DNA of 64,000 nucleotides from Nitrosarchaeum sp. (GCA_965223865.1 OZ245020.1:416001-480000); one strand, 5' to 3'; shown: positions 38,396 through 47,750, counted from the first letter of the stretch. Made by a program: numbers and translations. The notes: generated from the sequence alone by a model not told the origin.

Positions 38396-39322
38396 GTGTA
38401 CGATCAAATCATCAGTATATTTCAAACCAAACCCCATTCTAGTTCAATCACGGCAAAAATAAAATACATTGAAAAAAACTTTAGAAATAAAACCCAAGAA
38501 CTACTTTATCACATAATCAGTATAGTAGAAGAATACGAAGAGATGGGCTACAACCTTACTGTAAGGCAAGTATACTATCAGCTTGTCTCACGTGATATCG
38601 TCCCTAACAATCTTGGTTCATACCAACTTACAAGCCGTGTCCTCAAAGATGCTAGAATGTCAGGACTAGTAGATTGGGATACAATAGAAGACAGGGTACG
38701 GCAGATAATTATGCCAAATGAGTTTGATGATGTAACCGAATTTATCACTGCTGCAATAAACTCATACAGACTACCAAGATGGAAAGACCAAGATCATTAT
38801 GTGGAGGTAATTGTAGAAAAAGAGGCACTTGCCGGAATACTGCGTACATTAACTAGTAGATACCATGTCCTTTTGCTTCCAAACAAGGGATACTCTTCAG
38901 CTAGTGCAATTCATGAGGCAGCTCAGAGATTCATATATCAAACATCAGAGGAAAAACAATGTCACATATTGTATCTTGGTGATCATGACCCAAGTGGGAT
39001 GGATATGGTACGAGACATACAAGACAGACTAGATGAGCTTTTGTGTACGGTATCAGTTGAAAAGATTGCCCTTACAATGGACCAGATAAAACAATACAAT
39101 CCACCTCCAAATCTTGTCAAAAAGTCAGATTCTAGGTCAAAAAAGTATGTCACTGAATATGGGGATAAATCATGGGAGCTAGATGCCTTAAAACCTGAAG
39201 TACTAAATGAATTGGTAGAGTCTAATATCAAAAAGTATCTTGATATGGAAAAATACGATGATATATTATCTCAGGAAAAACGTGAGAAACTGAGACTAGT
39301 TGAACTTTCTAATGCTGTTTGA
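38396..39322 (+). CDS. stand-alone TopoVI-A/Spo11-like protein (Mini-A-like; WH + TOPRIM)
   Basis: LTVRQVYYQLV (catalytic-Tyr helix), VEKEAL (TOPRIM Glu), LGDHDPSG (DxD), WELDAL. Confidence 0.8.
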   Translation: MYDQIISIFQTKPHSSSITAKIKYIEKNFRNKTQELLYHIISIVEEYEEMGYNLTVRQVYYQLVSRDIVPNNLGSYQLTSRVLKDARMSGLVDWDTIEDRVRQIIMPNEFDDVTEFITAAINSYRLPRWKDQDHYVEVIVEKEALAGILRTLTSRYHVLLLPNKGYSSASAIHEAAQRFIYQTSEEKQCHILYLGDHDPSGMDMVRDIQDRLDELLCTVSVEKIALTMDQIKQYNPPPNLVKKSDSRSKKYVTEYGDKSWELDALKPEVLNELVESNIKKYLDMEKYDDILSQEKREKLRLVELSNAV

Positions 39323-39365
39323 GAATAAAATAGATAGTTAGTAGATTCCAAAATCTACCACCCAA

Positions 39366-39478
39366 CCAGTAACGGTTCACCAGTTCAGTTCACCAGAACA
39401 GTTCACAAAAAATGCCATATTCTATGTATTATAATAAAAAGTGTGGGAACTATACCGATGAACTGTGTCCATGAACCG
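39366..39478. repeat. inverted array of 13-bp-phased repeats around an AT-rich spacer
   Basis: GTTCAC at 39375/39388/39401, GAAC at 39447/39460/39473. Confidence 0.7.
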
Positions 39479-40891
39479 GCATAATTGTGATTTTCTTCCC
39501 ATATTCGGGGGCTATAGAGTCCAAGATCTTCTGAATCTTGTCTTGAGTGTCTTCATAGCACCAAACTTCAACTTTGGAGAACCATTTTAGATTCTTTGTC
39601 ATATTTGACTTGACCTGTTCTGGAGGGCTCGTATCTCTTGCGGTGATTCTATCTCTATTGCAACAGCATTTGCCACATCAAAACTCTCATTGTCCAGTAT
39701 TGGTATGGATATTGCATCTGGCTGCTCTATTATGATGTCTTGCTTTAGGACCTCAAAATAGTACGCATGGTCAAGATGGTGTCTTTTTGCCTCCTGAATG
39801 AGGAAAAATGACTCTATTCCCCCCTCACGTTGATTCTCAAGGACTGGATTGAACAGTTTTTCTAGATTGCCTGATAGGTTATGCTCTATTCGGGATGATG
39901 TTTCAGATGGACTAATTGATACTAATCCCATGTTTGCAAGATTTTGCAGTCGGATTTTGACATCAGCCTTGTTGACACCTGACATTCCTGCAATGTCAGA
40001 TAGACTTGGACGGTATGACTTGTTGTCTGTGTCCTGTCGGTTTTTGATTAGATTGTGCATTACTACGCATATTTTGTGATGTTTTGGTTTGTATTCTGCA
40101 AGACTAATAGATGTCATATTTAGAATCTTTTGACTCTTTTGGATGTCAGTTGGACCTGTTGGTTTTTGCCTTTGTTGTTCCTCTTTTATTTTTGCCCTAA
40201 TTGCGGTCTCTTGTGGTATTTGTATGTCCTCAGAAACAGAAGATGATGTCATTGTTTCTGTATTTTCATTGTTATCTATTTTCTCAAATAGCTTTTCTAT
40301 TCTGTCTACAAGTTCGTTGTTGTTTATACGACACATGTCAAGTGTTTCATTACAGTATCTGAATATTCGTGGAATATGCACATCTTCCATCTCCTTTTTT
40401 ACTGTTCTTTGCAGAAATTCACTTACCTTTTTATCCATTTTCAGAGTATCTGTAAATTTTGTCACCATGTCCTGAATAGAGTTTACATCTTGTCTGTGAT
40501 CTTCTCTCATTGATGTAGCTGTCTCTTTGATTGTAGTTACAGCCTGCTCTAGGTGTTCTGTAACTGAAGAAAGATTGTCTGAAAACAGCTCCTCTCCTCG
40601 TTTTGTTCCCCACGAAAATGTTTTCCACGATACTGCTCCGCATATGCCTGCTATTGCAACTGTTAGTACTGTATCTAGAGGCTGCATATCTACAATGACC
40701 TGTTGTACCAAAGGAGATATCACAATACCATTTACTACTGCGATTCCCAGTATTGTGAGAAATCGTACTGCATTCTCCTCAATTCTGATTCTCTGCATCA
40801 TTCCTGACTGGAGGGATCCTCCTATGGCAAATGGCAATCCAACCATACTGACAAGAGACACTATCAAAAGTATCATGTCCAATGGAGGCAT
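39450..40891 (-). CDS. TM + coiled coil + wHTH + PD-(D/E)xK-like protein (frameshift near 39624)
   Basis: 3 N-terminal TM helices; SLSDIAGMSGVNKADVKIRLQNLANMGLV; QPDA...AIEIES; alternate frame continues PEQVKSNMTKNLKWFSKVEVWC to stop at 39450. Confidence 0.65.
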
Positions 40892-41044
40892 TTTTACTGC
40901 TGCACCTCCTTCTGGTCATTCTTCTTCAGAGTTGTATTTTCTATTGTTTTTGTGTGATCTTTTTTCATGCAATATGATAAATGATTTGTATATAAGCGGA
41001 AAATTTTCCAATTTTTGCTTTTATACAAACCACAATACCATATT

Positions 41045-41407
41045 ATGAAAGAAAATTGTTCAAATCAAAAGAAATCACATGCATTATTACTTGCAGAGCT
41101 AGATAGACTGCAAAAAATTACAGGCAATAACCAACAATCTGATCTAGTATGGTCTCCTCAAAGTGATTCGCAGATAGAGGGAAAAGTTGACGAAAACACG
41201 ATTACAATCTATTCTGAAAATATTGCAGATGCAATAGATACATTGCAACACGAGTTTGTTGACTATGTTATTAGTCAAGCAATCAAACCGTATATCAAAC
41301 TAGTAAATTTGTTGATGTCAATAATCACAAAAGATGCATATGAAACAAAAGAAGATGTAGTAGAATCATTGTTAAGATTAATGAATAATGATTCTACAAA
41401 AAATTAG
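41045..41407 (+). CDS. zincin-like small protein (HExxD variant)
   Basis: EGKV..TITIYS...DTLQHEFVD; start moved to ATG 41045. Confidence 0.55.
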   Translation: MKENCSNQKKSHALLLAELDRLQKITGNNQQSDLVWSPQSDSQIEGKVDENTITIYSENIADAIDTLQHEFVDYVISQAIKPYIKLVNLLMSIITKDAYETKEDVVESLLRLMNNDSTKN

Positions 41408-41412
41408 TTGTT

Positions 41413-42863
41413 TCATTTTTGTTTTCTCACAATGACACGATTACGTGTTAATTCCTTTATCGGTTCCCACCCTTGACATATGTAATGTAATAATTGTTCA
41501 CATTTTTTATTATCTTTCCATCGTATTGTTTCTGTTGGATTTCGTTAGTAGATGTTACAGATGATGACATTGTCTTCATTATTTCTTGTCTTATTGCATC
41601 TGTTTCTTGTTCAATGTCAAAAATTATTTCGTTGTCTGTATCATTTGAATTATTAATTTTCTTTCTTTGTCTTTGTTTTTCAATCTTGATCTTTACAGGA
41701 TCAATTCCATATAACTTTGCTTGTTCTCTCCACATGTCAAGTAACATCTCTTTTTTGTTTTGAACAGAATTGCTGTTCTTACTATTTATGGTACACAGAA
41801 ACTGTTGGCTTTTAGAGTATGCACTTCTCATGTCTGAGATCATCTCATCAGTTAACCTTCCTTTGTTTGTAGTGTATCTTGCCTCAATGTCTCCCTTATG
41901 TCCCATAAAGAACTGTCTGTATGCATGAGTCATCTTTCCATGGCTTTCAGCTAATAGTAACTGAGTATCAAAGTATGCACGCAAGACATACGGTCTTGCT
42001 TTAGTTATGCTCCAGATTGCTTTTCTAATATCTGATGTAATTCGTGGTGTTGTGATTAATTCTGTAGATGATTTGAGAGTTTTACTTCCTCTTCTTGATT
42101 GATATCCTTGCTCCAAAGATATTACAGGTGAATTTTTGGTAAGGTTTTCGCCAGATGAGGTTCTTTTTCTCATATAGCCTAGAACATATTCGCATCCTTC
42201 TGCAGGCAAGAATGTAAAGTACTTATTTTTGGTCTTGCTTAGTGATGCTCTCACAGTAATCATTGCAGGTATTTGTGCAAAACTAACTGTTCTACCATCA
42301 TTTTCAATCACTAGATCATTCAAGTCAGCTAATTTGAGACCATCACTTGCGTCATAATTTCCCATTACTTGTGGTCTAATACCTGAAAATGCCATCAAAC
42401 TGATACTAGTTCTGGTTCTAGGATTTGCAACATTGAGGATCGACTGTAATTGTTCTTTGGTAGGTACCTGCTCGTCTTGTATGTTTACTGGTATTCCTGC
42501 ATTTGCAATTCTTATCTTTCTTTTTGGCTCTATGTAGTTGAAGACAAGCCATGATCTTATTGATTTGAGTATTCCATCGATATAGTTTGGTGCATAGTTT
42601 TGTGATTCAAGCCATGACACATGATCAAATAATATGTTCTCAAGCTTGATGATGTCTCTTTTTCCCATTTTTACAAGAAAAGATGGTGTAGTATTTGTCC
42701 TGTAACAAAATAGATTCAATCTGCGTAGTCTAATGTCTGCATTTAGCTTGCTACCTCTACTTGTGTTGTCATACCAGCGTTGTACATTTTTATCTTGCAG
42801 AAGAGCTTTTGTTGCAGATTTCTCCTTTGTTTTAGTAGACATTATTTTTCTCCACAATGTCAT
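41413..42863 (-). CDS. tyrosine recombinase/integrase (C-terminal frameshift near 41500)
   Basis: SGIRP (R), SKTK (K), YVLRAYF (R), FMGHKG (H), ARYT (Y); track ORF stops at 41457 but the alternate frame gives EQLLHYICQGWEPIKELTRNRVIVRKQK*. Confidence 0.9.
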
Positions 42864-42904
42864 ATTTGATTTGCTTAAAAGCAGGTCTCGGATCCTGGAG
42901 TATA

Positions 42905-42998
42905 CGGGCTTGGAGGGCTTCGATCCCTCGACCTGTAACTTAGGAGGCTACCGCGCTATCCATGTTTCGCGTCAAAAATGACTCTGCGCCACAAGCCC
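42905..42998 (-). tRNA. tRNA-Arg(CCT) with non-canonical 19-nt D-loop intron (42965..42983)
   Basis: Acceptor GGGCTTG/CAAGCCC, anticodon arm GTAGC-CTCCTAA-GTTAC, T arm GAGGG/CCCTC; removing the intron restores a 75-nt cloverleaf. Confidence 0.9.
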
Positions 42999-43022
42999 AG
43001 AAAAAAAAATACTTGTAATTAT

Positions 43023-43730
43023 TTAAGCGTAATCAAGGTTGCTTTTGATCATTTCCTGAATTTCTTTCCAATCAGAATTGTCTTTTTGTTCCCATTTTTC
43101 AAAAAATACTACATCTTTAAGATCAAGTCTAGGAAGCCAACCTGCCTTTTCAAGATCTGGTTTTTCTGAAAACTCATCAACATATCCTAAACATAGATAT
43201 GCAATTGGAACAACATGTTCGGGTAGTTCTAAAACATCTCTAAGAATATCATTTGAAAGTATACTTACCCATCCAAGACCAACTCCTTCAGTTCTTGCTG
43301 CAAGCCATAAATTCTGAATTGCACAACAAACACTGTATAATCCAGCTTCTGGAATGCTAGATCTACCAATTACAAAAGGACCAAATTTTGATGGATCATA
43401 TGTTACACAAAGATTGACAGGTGATTCTAAAATTCCCTCAAGTTTGAAGGAAAGATATTTTGATCTTCTTGGTTCTTCGACTAGTTGTGAAGAACGGTTT
43501 TTTTCAATTTCAAAAGACTCTTTGATCTTCTTTTTTGTTAAATTATCTTTTATCAAAATGAAATTCCAAGGTTGAGAAAATCCTACTGAAGGTGCATGAT
43601 GCGCTGCATGTAGAATTTTTGATAAAATCTCATTTTCAATCGGTTTTGAAGTAAAATGGGATCTTACATCTCTTCGAGAATAAATAGCCCTGTAAAGACC
43701 TCTTTTTTCTTCTTCAGTGAATCCTGACAT
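43023..43730 (-). CDS. bluB: 5,6-dimethylbenzimidazole synthase (nitroreductase family)
   Basis: RRDVR, HAPSVGFSQPW, CAIQNLWLAAR, GWVSI, AYLCLGY. Confidence 0.95.
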   Translation of the reverse strand: MSGFTEEEKRGLYRAIYSRRDVRSHFTSKPIENEILSKILHAAHHAPSVGFSQPWNFILIKDNLTKKKIKESFEIEKNRSSQLVEEPRRSKYLSFKLEGILESPVNLCVTYDPSKFGPFVIGRSSIPEAGLYSVCCAIQNLWLAARTEGVGLGWVSILSNDILRDVLELPEHVVPIAYLCLGYVDEFSEKPDLEKAGWLPRLDLKDVVFFEKWEQKDNSDWKEIQEMIKSNLDYA

Positions 43731-43802
43731 TTCTTTAGCCTTTTCTCATTTCATGCTTTTGTTAAACGTTAATAATGTCAGTACCTAGTCTTGTACTTCA
43801 AT

Positions 43803-43876
43803 GGGCCGGTAGTCTAGCTGGTTAGGATACCGCCTCGACACGGCGGTGATCATGAGTTCGAATCTCATTCGGCCCA
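43803..43876 (+). tRNA. tRNA-Val(GAC)
   Basis: GGGCCGG/TCGGCCC acceptor, CCGCC-TCGACAC-GGCGG anticodon arm, ATGAG-TTCGAAT-CTCAT T arm. Confidence 0.93.
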
Positions 43877-43881
43877 CTTTT

Positions 43882-44379
43882 TTAATTTAAACTAGTCTGA
43901 AATTCTTTTTCAATTACACTCCAAGAAGTTTCAGTTGTAATACTTCCTTCAGCCCTAAAACTAGATATCTCATCATTCAACACTGAATCATAAACCTGAG
44001 AATCTACCTTAGACTTTACAAGAACAAATGTATTTTTCAATGGAATCTCTGCTCCTGAATAAAACACTGCTCTACCTGGCATCGAAATATCTTCTGTAGA
44101 ATATTGTCCTGAACCTAACAATTGCCCATCAGCAAATAATTGATAACCAATTACTGGAACAGTAAATGTTTTCTCACTTGGATTCTTTACGAGAAATACA
44201 ACTTCTAACTTTGCAGTATTTTCAATTTTATTCACATCCTTTACTTTAACTTCTCCTAATTTAATTTCCACTTGTTCTAATTCGGTATTATCCAAACTTG
44301 CATAATATACAATTCCTCCCATCATTGCTAGTAGGCCTGCGATAGCGGCGTATACAATCATCTTACTTTGAAGTGCCAA
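43882..44379 (-). CDS. membrane-anchored LEA_2-like protein
   Basis: TM helix then VFLVKNPS..YQLFADGQLLGSG; start moved to TTG 44379. Confidence 0.7.
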   Translation of the reverse strand: MALQSKMIVYAAIAGLLAMMGGIVYYASLDNTELEQVEIKLGEVKVKDVNKIENTAKLEVVFLVKNPSEKTFTVPVIGYQLFADGQLLGSGQYSTEDISMPGRAVFYSGAEIPLKNTFVLVKSKVDSQVYDSVLNDEISSFRAEGSITTETSWSVIEKEFQTSLN

Positions 44380-44461
44380 TTTACTGGTATCACATTCTGT
44401 ACAACTAAAAAAGGTTATCAAGATCCAAATACATAATATTTGATTTAAGAGCCGATATATT

Positions 44462-44959
44462 GTGTCACCATTAGAACAAGCAATTCTCACTTGGATTCAT
44501 TTAATCTCGGCTGCAATATGGGTAGGTGGCTCATTATTCATTGGAATAGTTTTCTCGCCACTTCTTAAAACCATGTCAAATTCAATTGAGGATAGATTAC
44601 AAATTATGATTAGAGTTGGAAAAAGATTCAACAAAATTGCAGTGCCATCTTTGATAATTCTCATGGGAACTGGTTTGTATAATTCCCATATGCTTTTGAG
44701 TAAACCTGAATTGTTAATAGCTACAAGCTATGGTACCTATCTTATAATTAAGATAATTCTGGTTATTGCCTTAATCATTACATATACTGTGCATGTAAGA
44801 ATAATTCGAAAAGATGTTGAGGAAAAAATAATGTCAAAGCAAATGCCCAAGGAGCAGATTCAAAAATTAAGAAAAAAAATTATAATTTTAGGAGAAATCA
44901 CAGTAGTTATCTCTATAGCAATTCTATTTTTTGCATCTTTATTGGATGCTGGAGTTTGA
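44462..44959 (+). CDS. CopD/DUF4149-like membrane protein
   Basis: WIHLISAAIWVGG, YGTYLIIKIILV, 4 TM. Confidence 0.8.
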   Translation: MSPLEQAILTWIHLISAAIWVGGSLFIGIVFSPLLKTMSNSIEDRLQIMIRVGKRFNKIAVPSLIILMGTGLYNSHMLLSKPELLIATSYGTYLIIKIILVIALIITYTVHVRIIRKDVEEKIMSKQMPKEQIQKLRKKIIILGEITVVISIAILFFASLLDAGV

Positions 44960-45964
44960 AACTCCCTCTATTCTAACCTCATAACCATTTTGTAATTTAC
45001 CAATACCATATCTGCATCCTGTAATTTTTGAAGTAACAAACAGGTTTGTTTCTAAGTGTTTTGAAATCTTTGGTACTCTAACAATAGTCATGCCATTTGC
45101 TAAACTTGCAGGTAGAACTAACATATCTGCAAGATTTTCATCGACTCCTAAATCGTTTTCAATAATTTCTCTCAAATCTAAATTAAATTCATCACATTTT
45201 TTATCATACACACAATCAATGCCAATAATAGAATTCTTATCTATACTAGCAATTAGTAAAGAAGAGCCTGAATCAATGGCATCCTCCCTTTGAATTATAG
45301 ATTTTACAACAAAATCGTTTTCAATCAATTTTTCTTTTATCTTTTCAATCTTTTTAGTAATAATTTCTTTTTTCAATTTAGAAAATGAACAAAACAGTCT
45401 TACATTTTTGGTTTCTCTATTGATTAGAGATATTGGTTTGATTTTAGAAGGAAAAACTTTCAACATTATTTCTCCTCCACCCTTGGGATAGTAACCTCGT
45501 TTGATTAAATTTACTGAAAAATTTATTCCCAGTCTTGCATATGCTTCTTTTAAAACATGTTGAGTATAATCCATTGTTGGACTCCAAAGAACATCAGTCC
45601 CACCTTTGATGACTAGTTCAAGTTTTTTTTGACAAATTGCTGATGCGGGAATTATGACTTGAAGAATTAAAGAAATACTTCCAGCCGTTCCAACATCTTC
45701 TTTTGTACTGACATCTTTTACCTTACCAGGAACAAATTTTAAACATGTTGAACCAATTACTCCTCCTTCTACTGTAGCATTACAAATTTTTTCCAGAATT
45801 TTAATGGCTGTTATATGCTGACGTTTTAATCCGGGATTTTTTCTGTTTCTCCTAATATTTTCTATAATTATTGGTGTATTTGTTATACACGACAATGTAA
45901 TGGCAGTTCTGACTATTTGCCCACCCCCTTCTCCAAATCCACCATCAATTTTTACAAAATCCAT
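44939..45964 (-). CDS. rtcA: RNA 3'-terminal phosphate cyclase
   Basis: GEGGGQIVR, PGLKRQH, GGTDV, RGYYPKGGG, HLETN. Confidence 0.95.
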   Translation of the reverse strand: MDFVKIDGGFGEGGGQIVRTAITLSCITNTPIIIENIRRNRKNPGLKRQHITAIKILEKICNATVEGGVIGSTCLKFVPGKVKDVSTKEDVGTAGSISLILQVIIPASAICQKKLELVIKGGTDVLWSPTMDYTQHVLKEAYARLGINFSVNLIKRGYYPKGGGEIMLKVFPSKIKPISLINRETKNVRLFCSFSKLKKEIITKKIEKIKEKLIENDFVVKSIIQREDAIDSGSSLLIASIDKNSIIGIDCVYDKKCDEFNLDLREIIENDLGVDENLADMLVLPASLANGMTIVRVPKISKHLETNLFVTSKITGCRYGIGKLQNGYEVRIEGVSNSSIQ

Positions 45965-46026
45965 AAACTAGATCTTAACAAACTCTTTATGATAGTTTTT
46001 TAAAAAGAAATTTTCCTACCTTTTCT

Positions 46027-46521
46027 ATGAATGGTCTGCTAATTGGAAGATTTCAACCATTTCATTTAGGTCACTTGGATGCATTACATTTTGCTTTATC
46101 TAAAGTTGAAAAACTGTGGGTAGGATTGGGAAGCTCAAATAAACCTCCTCAAAAAAACAATCCATTCTCTGCTGAAGAGCGAAAGGAGATGATTTTAGAT
46201 TCAGTTGATGATTCTGTTAAAAAAAGAATCGAGATCTATTTCATTCCTGATCTTGAAAATCATGTTAAATGGATTGAGTTGATAGGTACTATTGTTCCAA
46301 AATTTGATATAATTTTTACAAATGACGAATTAACCAAGCATCTTTATTCAAAAAGAAACGTCAAAGTTATTTCAATTCCTTTTACTAAAAGGGAAACGCT
46401 TTCGGGAACAAACATACGAGATTTAATAATCAGCGATCAAGAATGGGAAGATCTAGTACCTGAAGGAACAAGAAATTTTTTGAATAATATTTCTGTAAAA
46501 GATCGTCTTTCAATTCTTTAA
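46027..46521 (+). CDS. nadM: nicotinamide-nucleotide adenylyltransferase
   Basis: GRFQPFHLGH, NPFSAEER, SGTNIR. Confidence 0.93.
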   Translation: MNGLLIGRFQPFHLGHLDALHFALSKVEKLWVGLGSSNKPPQKNNPFSAEERKEMILDSVDDSVKKRIEIYFIPDLENHVKWIELIGTIVPKFDIIFTNDELTKHLYSKRNVKVISIPFTKRETLSGTNIRDLIISDQEWEDLVPEGTRNFLNNISVKDRLSIL

Positions 46522-46563
46522 TTATAAATAAACCCCAAGAAGTACACAGTCAGGCGAAATTAT

Positions 46564-47709
46564 TTGGAATATTTAGTAATGTTACCAGGACCAACAAACG
46601 TTCCTGAAAGAGTAACTAGGGCAATGTATGTGCCTATGATTAATCATAGAAGTGATGATTTTGTTCAAGTCTACGAACCATGTGTTGAAAAAACAAAACA
46701 AGTCTTTCAAACAGAAGGAGATGCGGTATGTCTTTCAGCTTCTGGAACTGGTGCTGTAGAGGCAGGTGTTGTAAACTTGATTAAAAAAGGTGATAAAGTA
46801 ATAATTCCAGTAAATGGAGAATTTAGCACCCGACTTTCTCAAATGATAGAATGGGCAGGTGGTGAAACCATAAAAATTGAAACCCCTCCTGGTGAAAATG
46901 CTACCTTTGATCAGATAAAAGAAGCATTTGACAACAATAAAGATGTCAAGGCATTCTATTGTGTTTGGAATGAAACATCTACTGGAACAATGATAAATTA
47001 TCTTGATAGAATTAAAGATCTCACCTCTAGAAATGACTCTTACTATGTTGTTGATGGCGTATCAATCGTAGGTGGAGAAGAACTCCAAATGGACAAATGG
47101 GGAATCGACATTGCAATGACAGGTGCACAAAAAGCATTTGCATGCCCACCAGGAATATCTCCAATCTGTATTAATGCTAGAACCAAAAAGTACATGATAG
47201 ACAATCCACCAAATACAATGTACTTTAACCTTCCAAGATATTTCAAATATTATGAAGAAGCAAAACATACTCCTTTCACACCTGCACTTCCTTTACTTTA
47301 CGCATACCGAGAAGCAATGGATATTATTCTTGAAGAAGGACTAGATGCTAGAATTAAAAGACACAGAATTTGTTCTGAAGCTCTCTATTCAGGCCTAAGT
47401 GCAATTGGTCTTACTCCATTTGCAAAAGAAGACTCTCGTTCAACTGTTGTAATTGCATTGAACTATCTAGATGGATTAGAAGATAAAACATTCAGAACAA
47501 CACTCTCTGACAAATTTAGAGTACTAGTGGCTGGAGGATTTGGAAATCTAAAAGGCAAAGTGTTTAGAGTTGGATGTATGGGAGAAGTTAACAGATATCA
47601 TGTAATGAGAACAATTTCTTCAATATCATCGACATTAGCTATGATGGGATATCAAACAGATGCTCAAGCAGGTCTTAACACAGCAGAAGAAAAACTCAAA
47701 GCTCTCTAA
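46564..47709 (+). CDS. alanine-glyoxylate/serine-pyruvate-type class V aminotransferase
   Basis: PGPT, SGTGA, NETSTG, GAQKAF, FRVGCMG. Confidence 0.93.
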   Translation: MEYLVMLPGPTNVPERVTRAMYVPMINHRSDDFVQVYEPCVEKTKQVFQTEGDAVCLSASGTGAVEAGVVNLIKKGDKVIIPVNGEFSTRLSQMIEWAGGETIKIETPPGENATFDQIKEAFDNNKDVKAFYCVWNETSTGTMINYLDRIKDLTSRNDSYYVVDGVSIVGGEELQMDKWGIDIAMTGAQKAFACPPGISPICINARTKKYMIDNPPNTMYFNLPRYFKYYEEAKHTPFTPALPLLYAYREAMDIILEEGLDARIKRHRICSEALYSGLSAIGLTPFAKEDSRSTVVIALNYLDGLEDKTFRTTLSDKFRVLVAGGFGNLKGKVFRVGCMGEVNRYHVMRTISSISSTLAMMGYQTDAQAGLNTAEEKLKAL

Positions 47710-47750
47710 TTCATGTTAACTTAATATAAGGAAATTCGAGACCGATCACA

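Larger units (their letters stand above)
35997..42916. mobile_element. tRNA-Arg(CCT)-integrated element, about 6.9 kb
   Basis: Tyrosine integrase next to the tRNA 3' end, 13-bp direct repeats at both ends, accessory gene content. Confidence 0.88.

Noticed and set aside
38396-39322. Complete Wadjet system or chromosomal top6A
   Set aside because: No jetABC or top6B neighbours; the protein is short and lies inside a mobile element.
39366-39478. Short repeats as a CRISPR array
   Set aside because: Units are 13 bp, contiguous, partly inverted and lack unique spacers; no cas genes in the window.
40894-40968. 24-aa minus-strand ORF (MKKDHTKTIEN...) before the TM-nuclease gene
   Set aside because: Too short to support as a gene; it may only be a leader carrying the GGAGGTG ribosome-binding site.
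42733-43169. ORFs 42733..42981 and 42978..43169
   Set aside because: They overlap the integrase start, tRNA-Arg and bluB; spurious.
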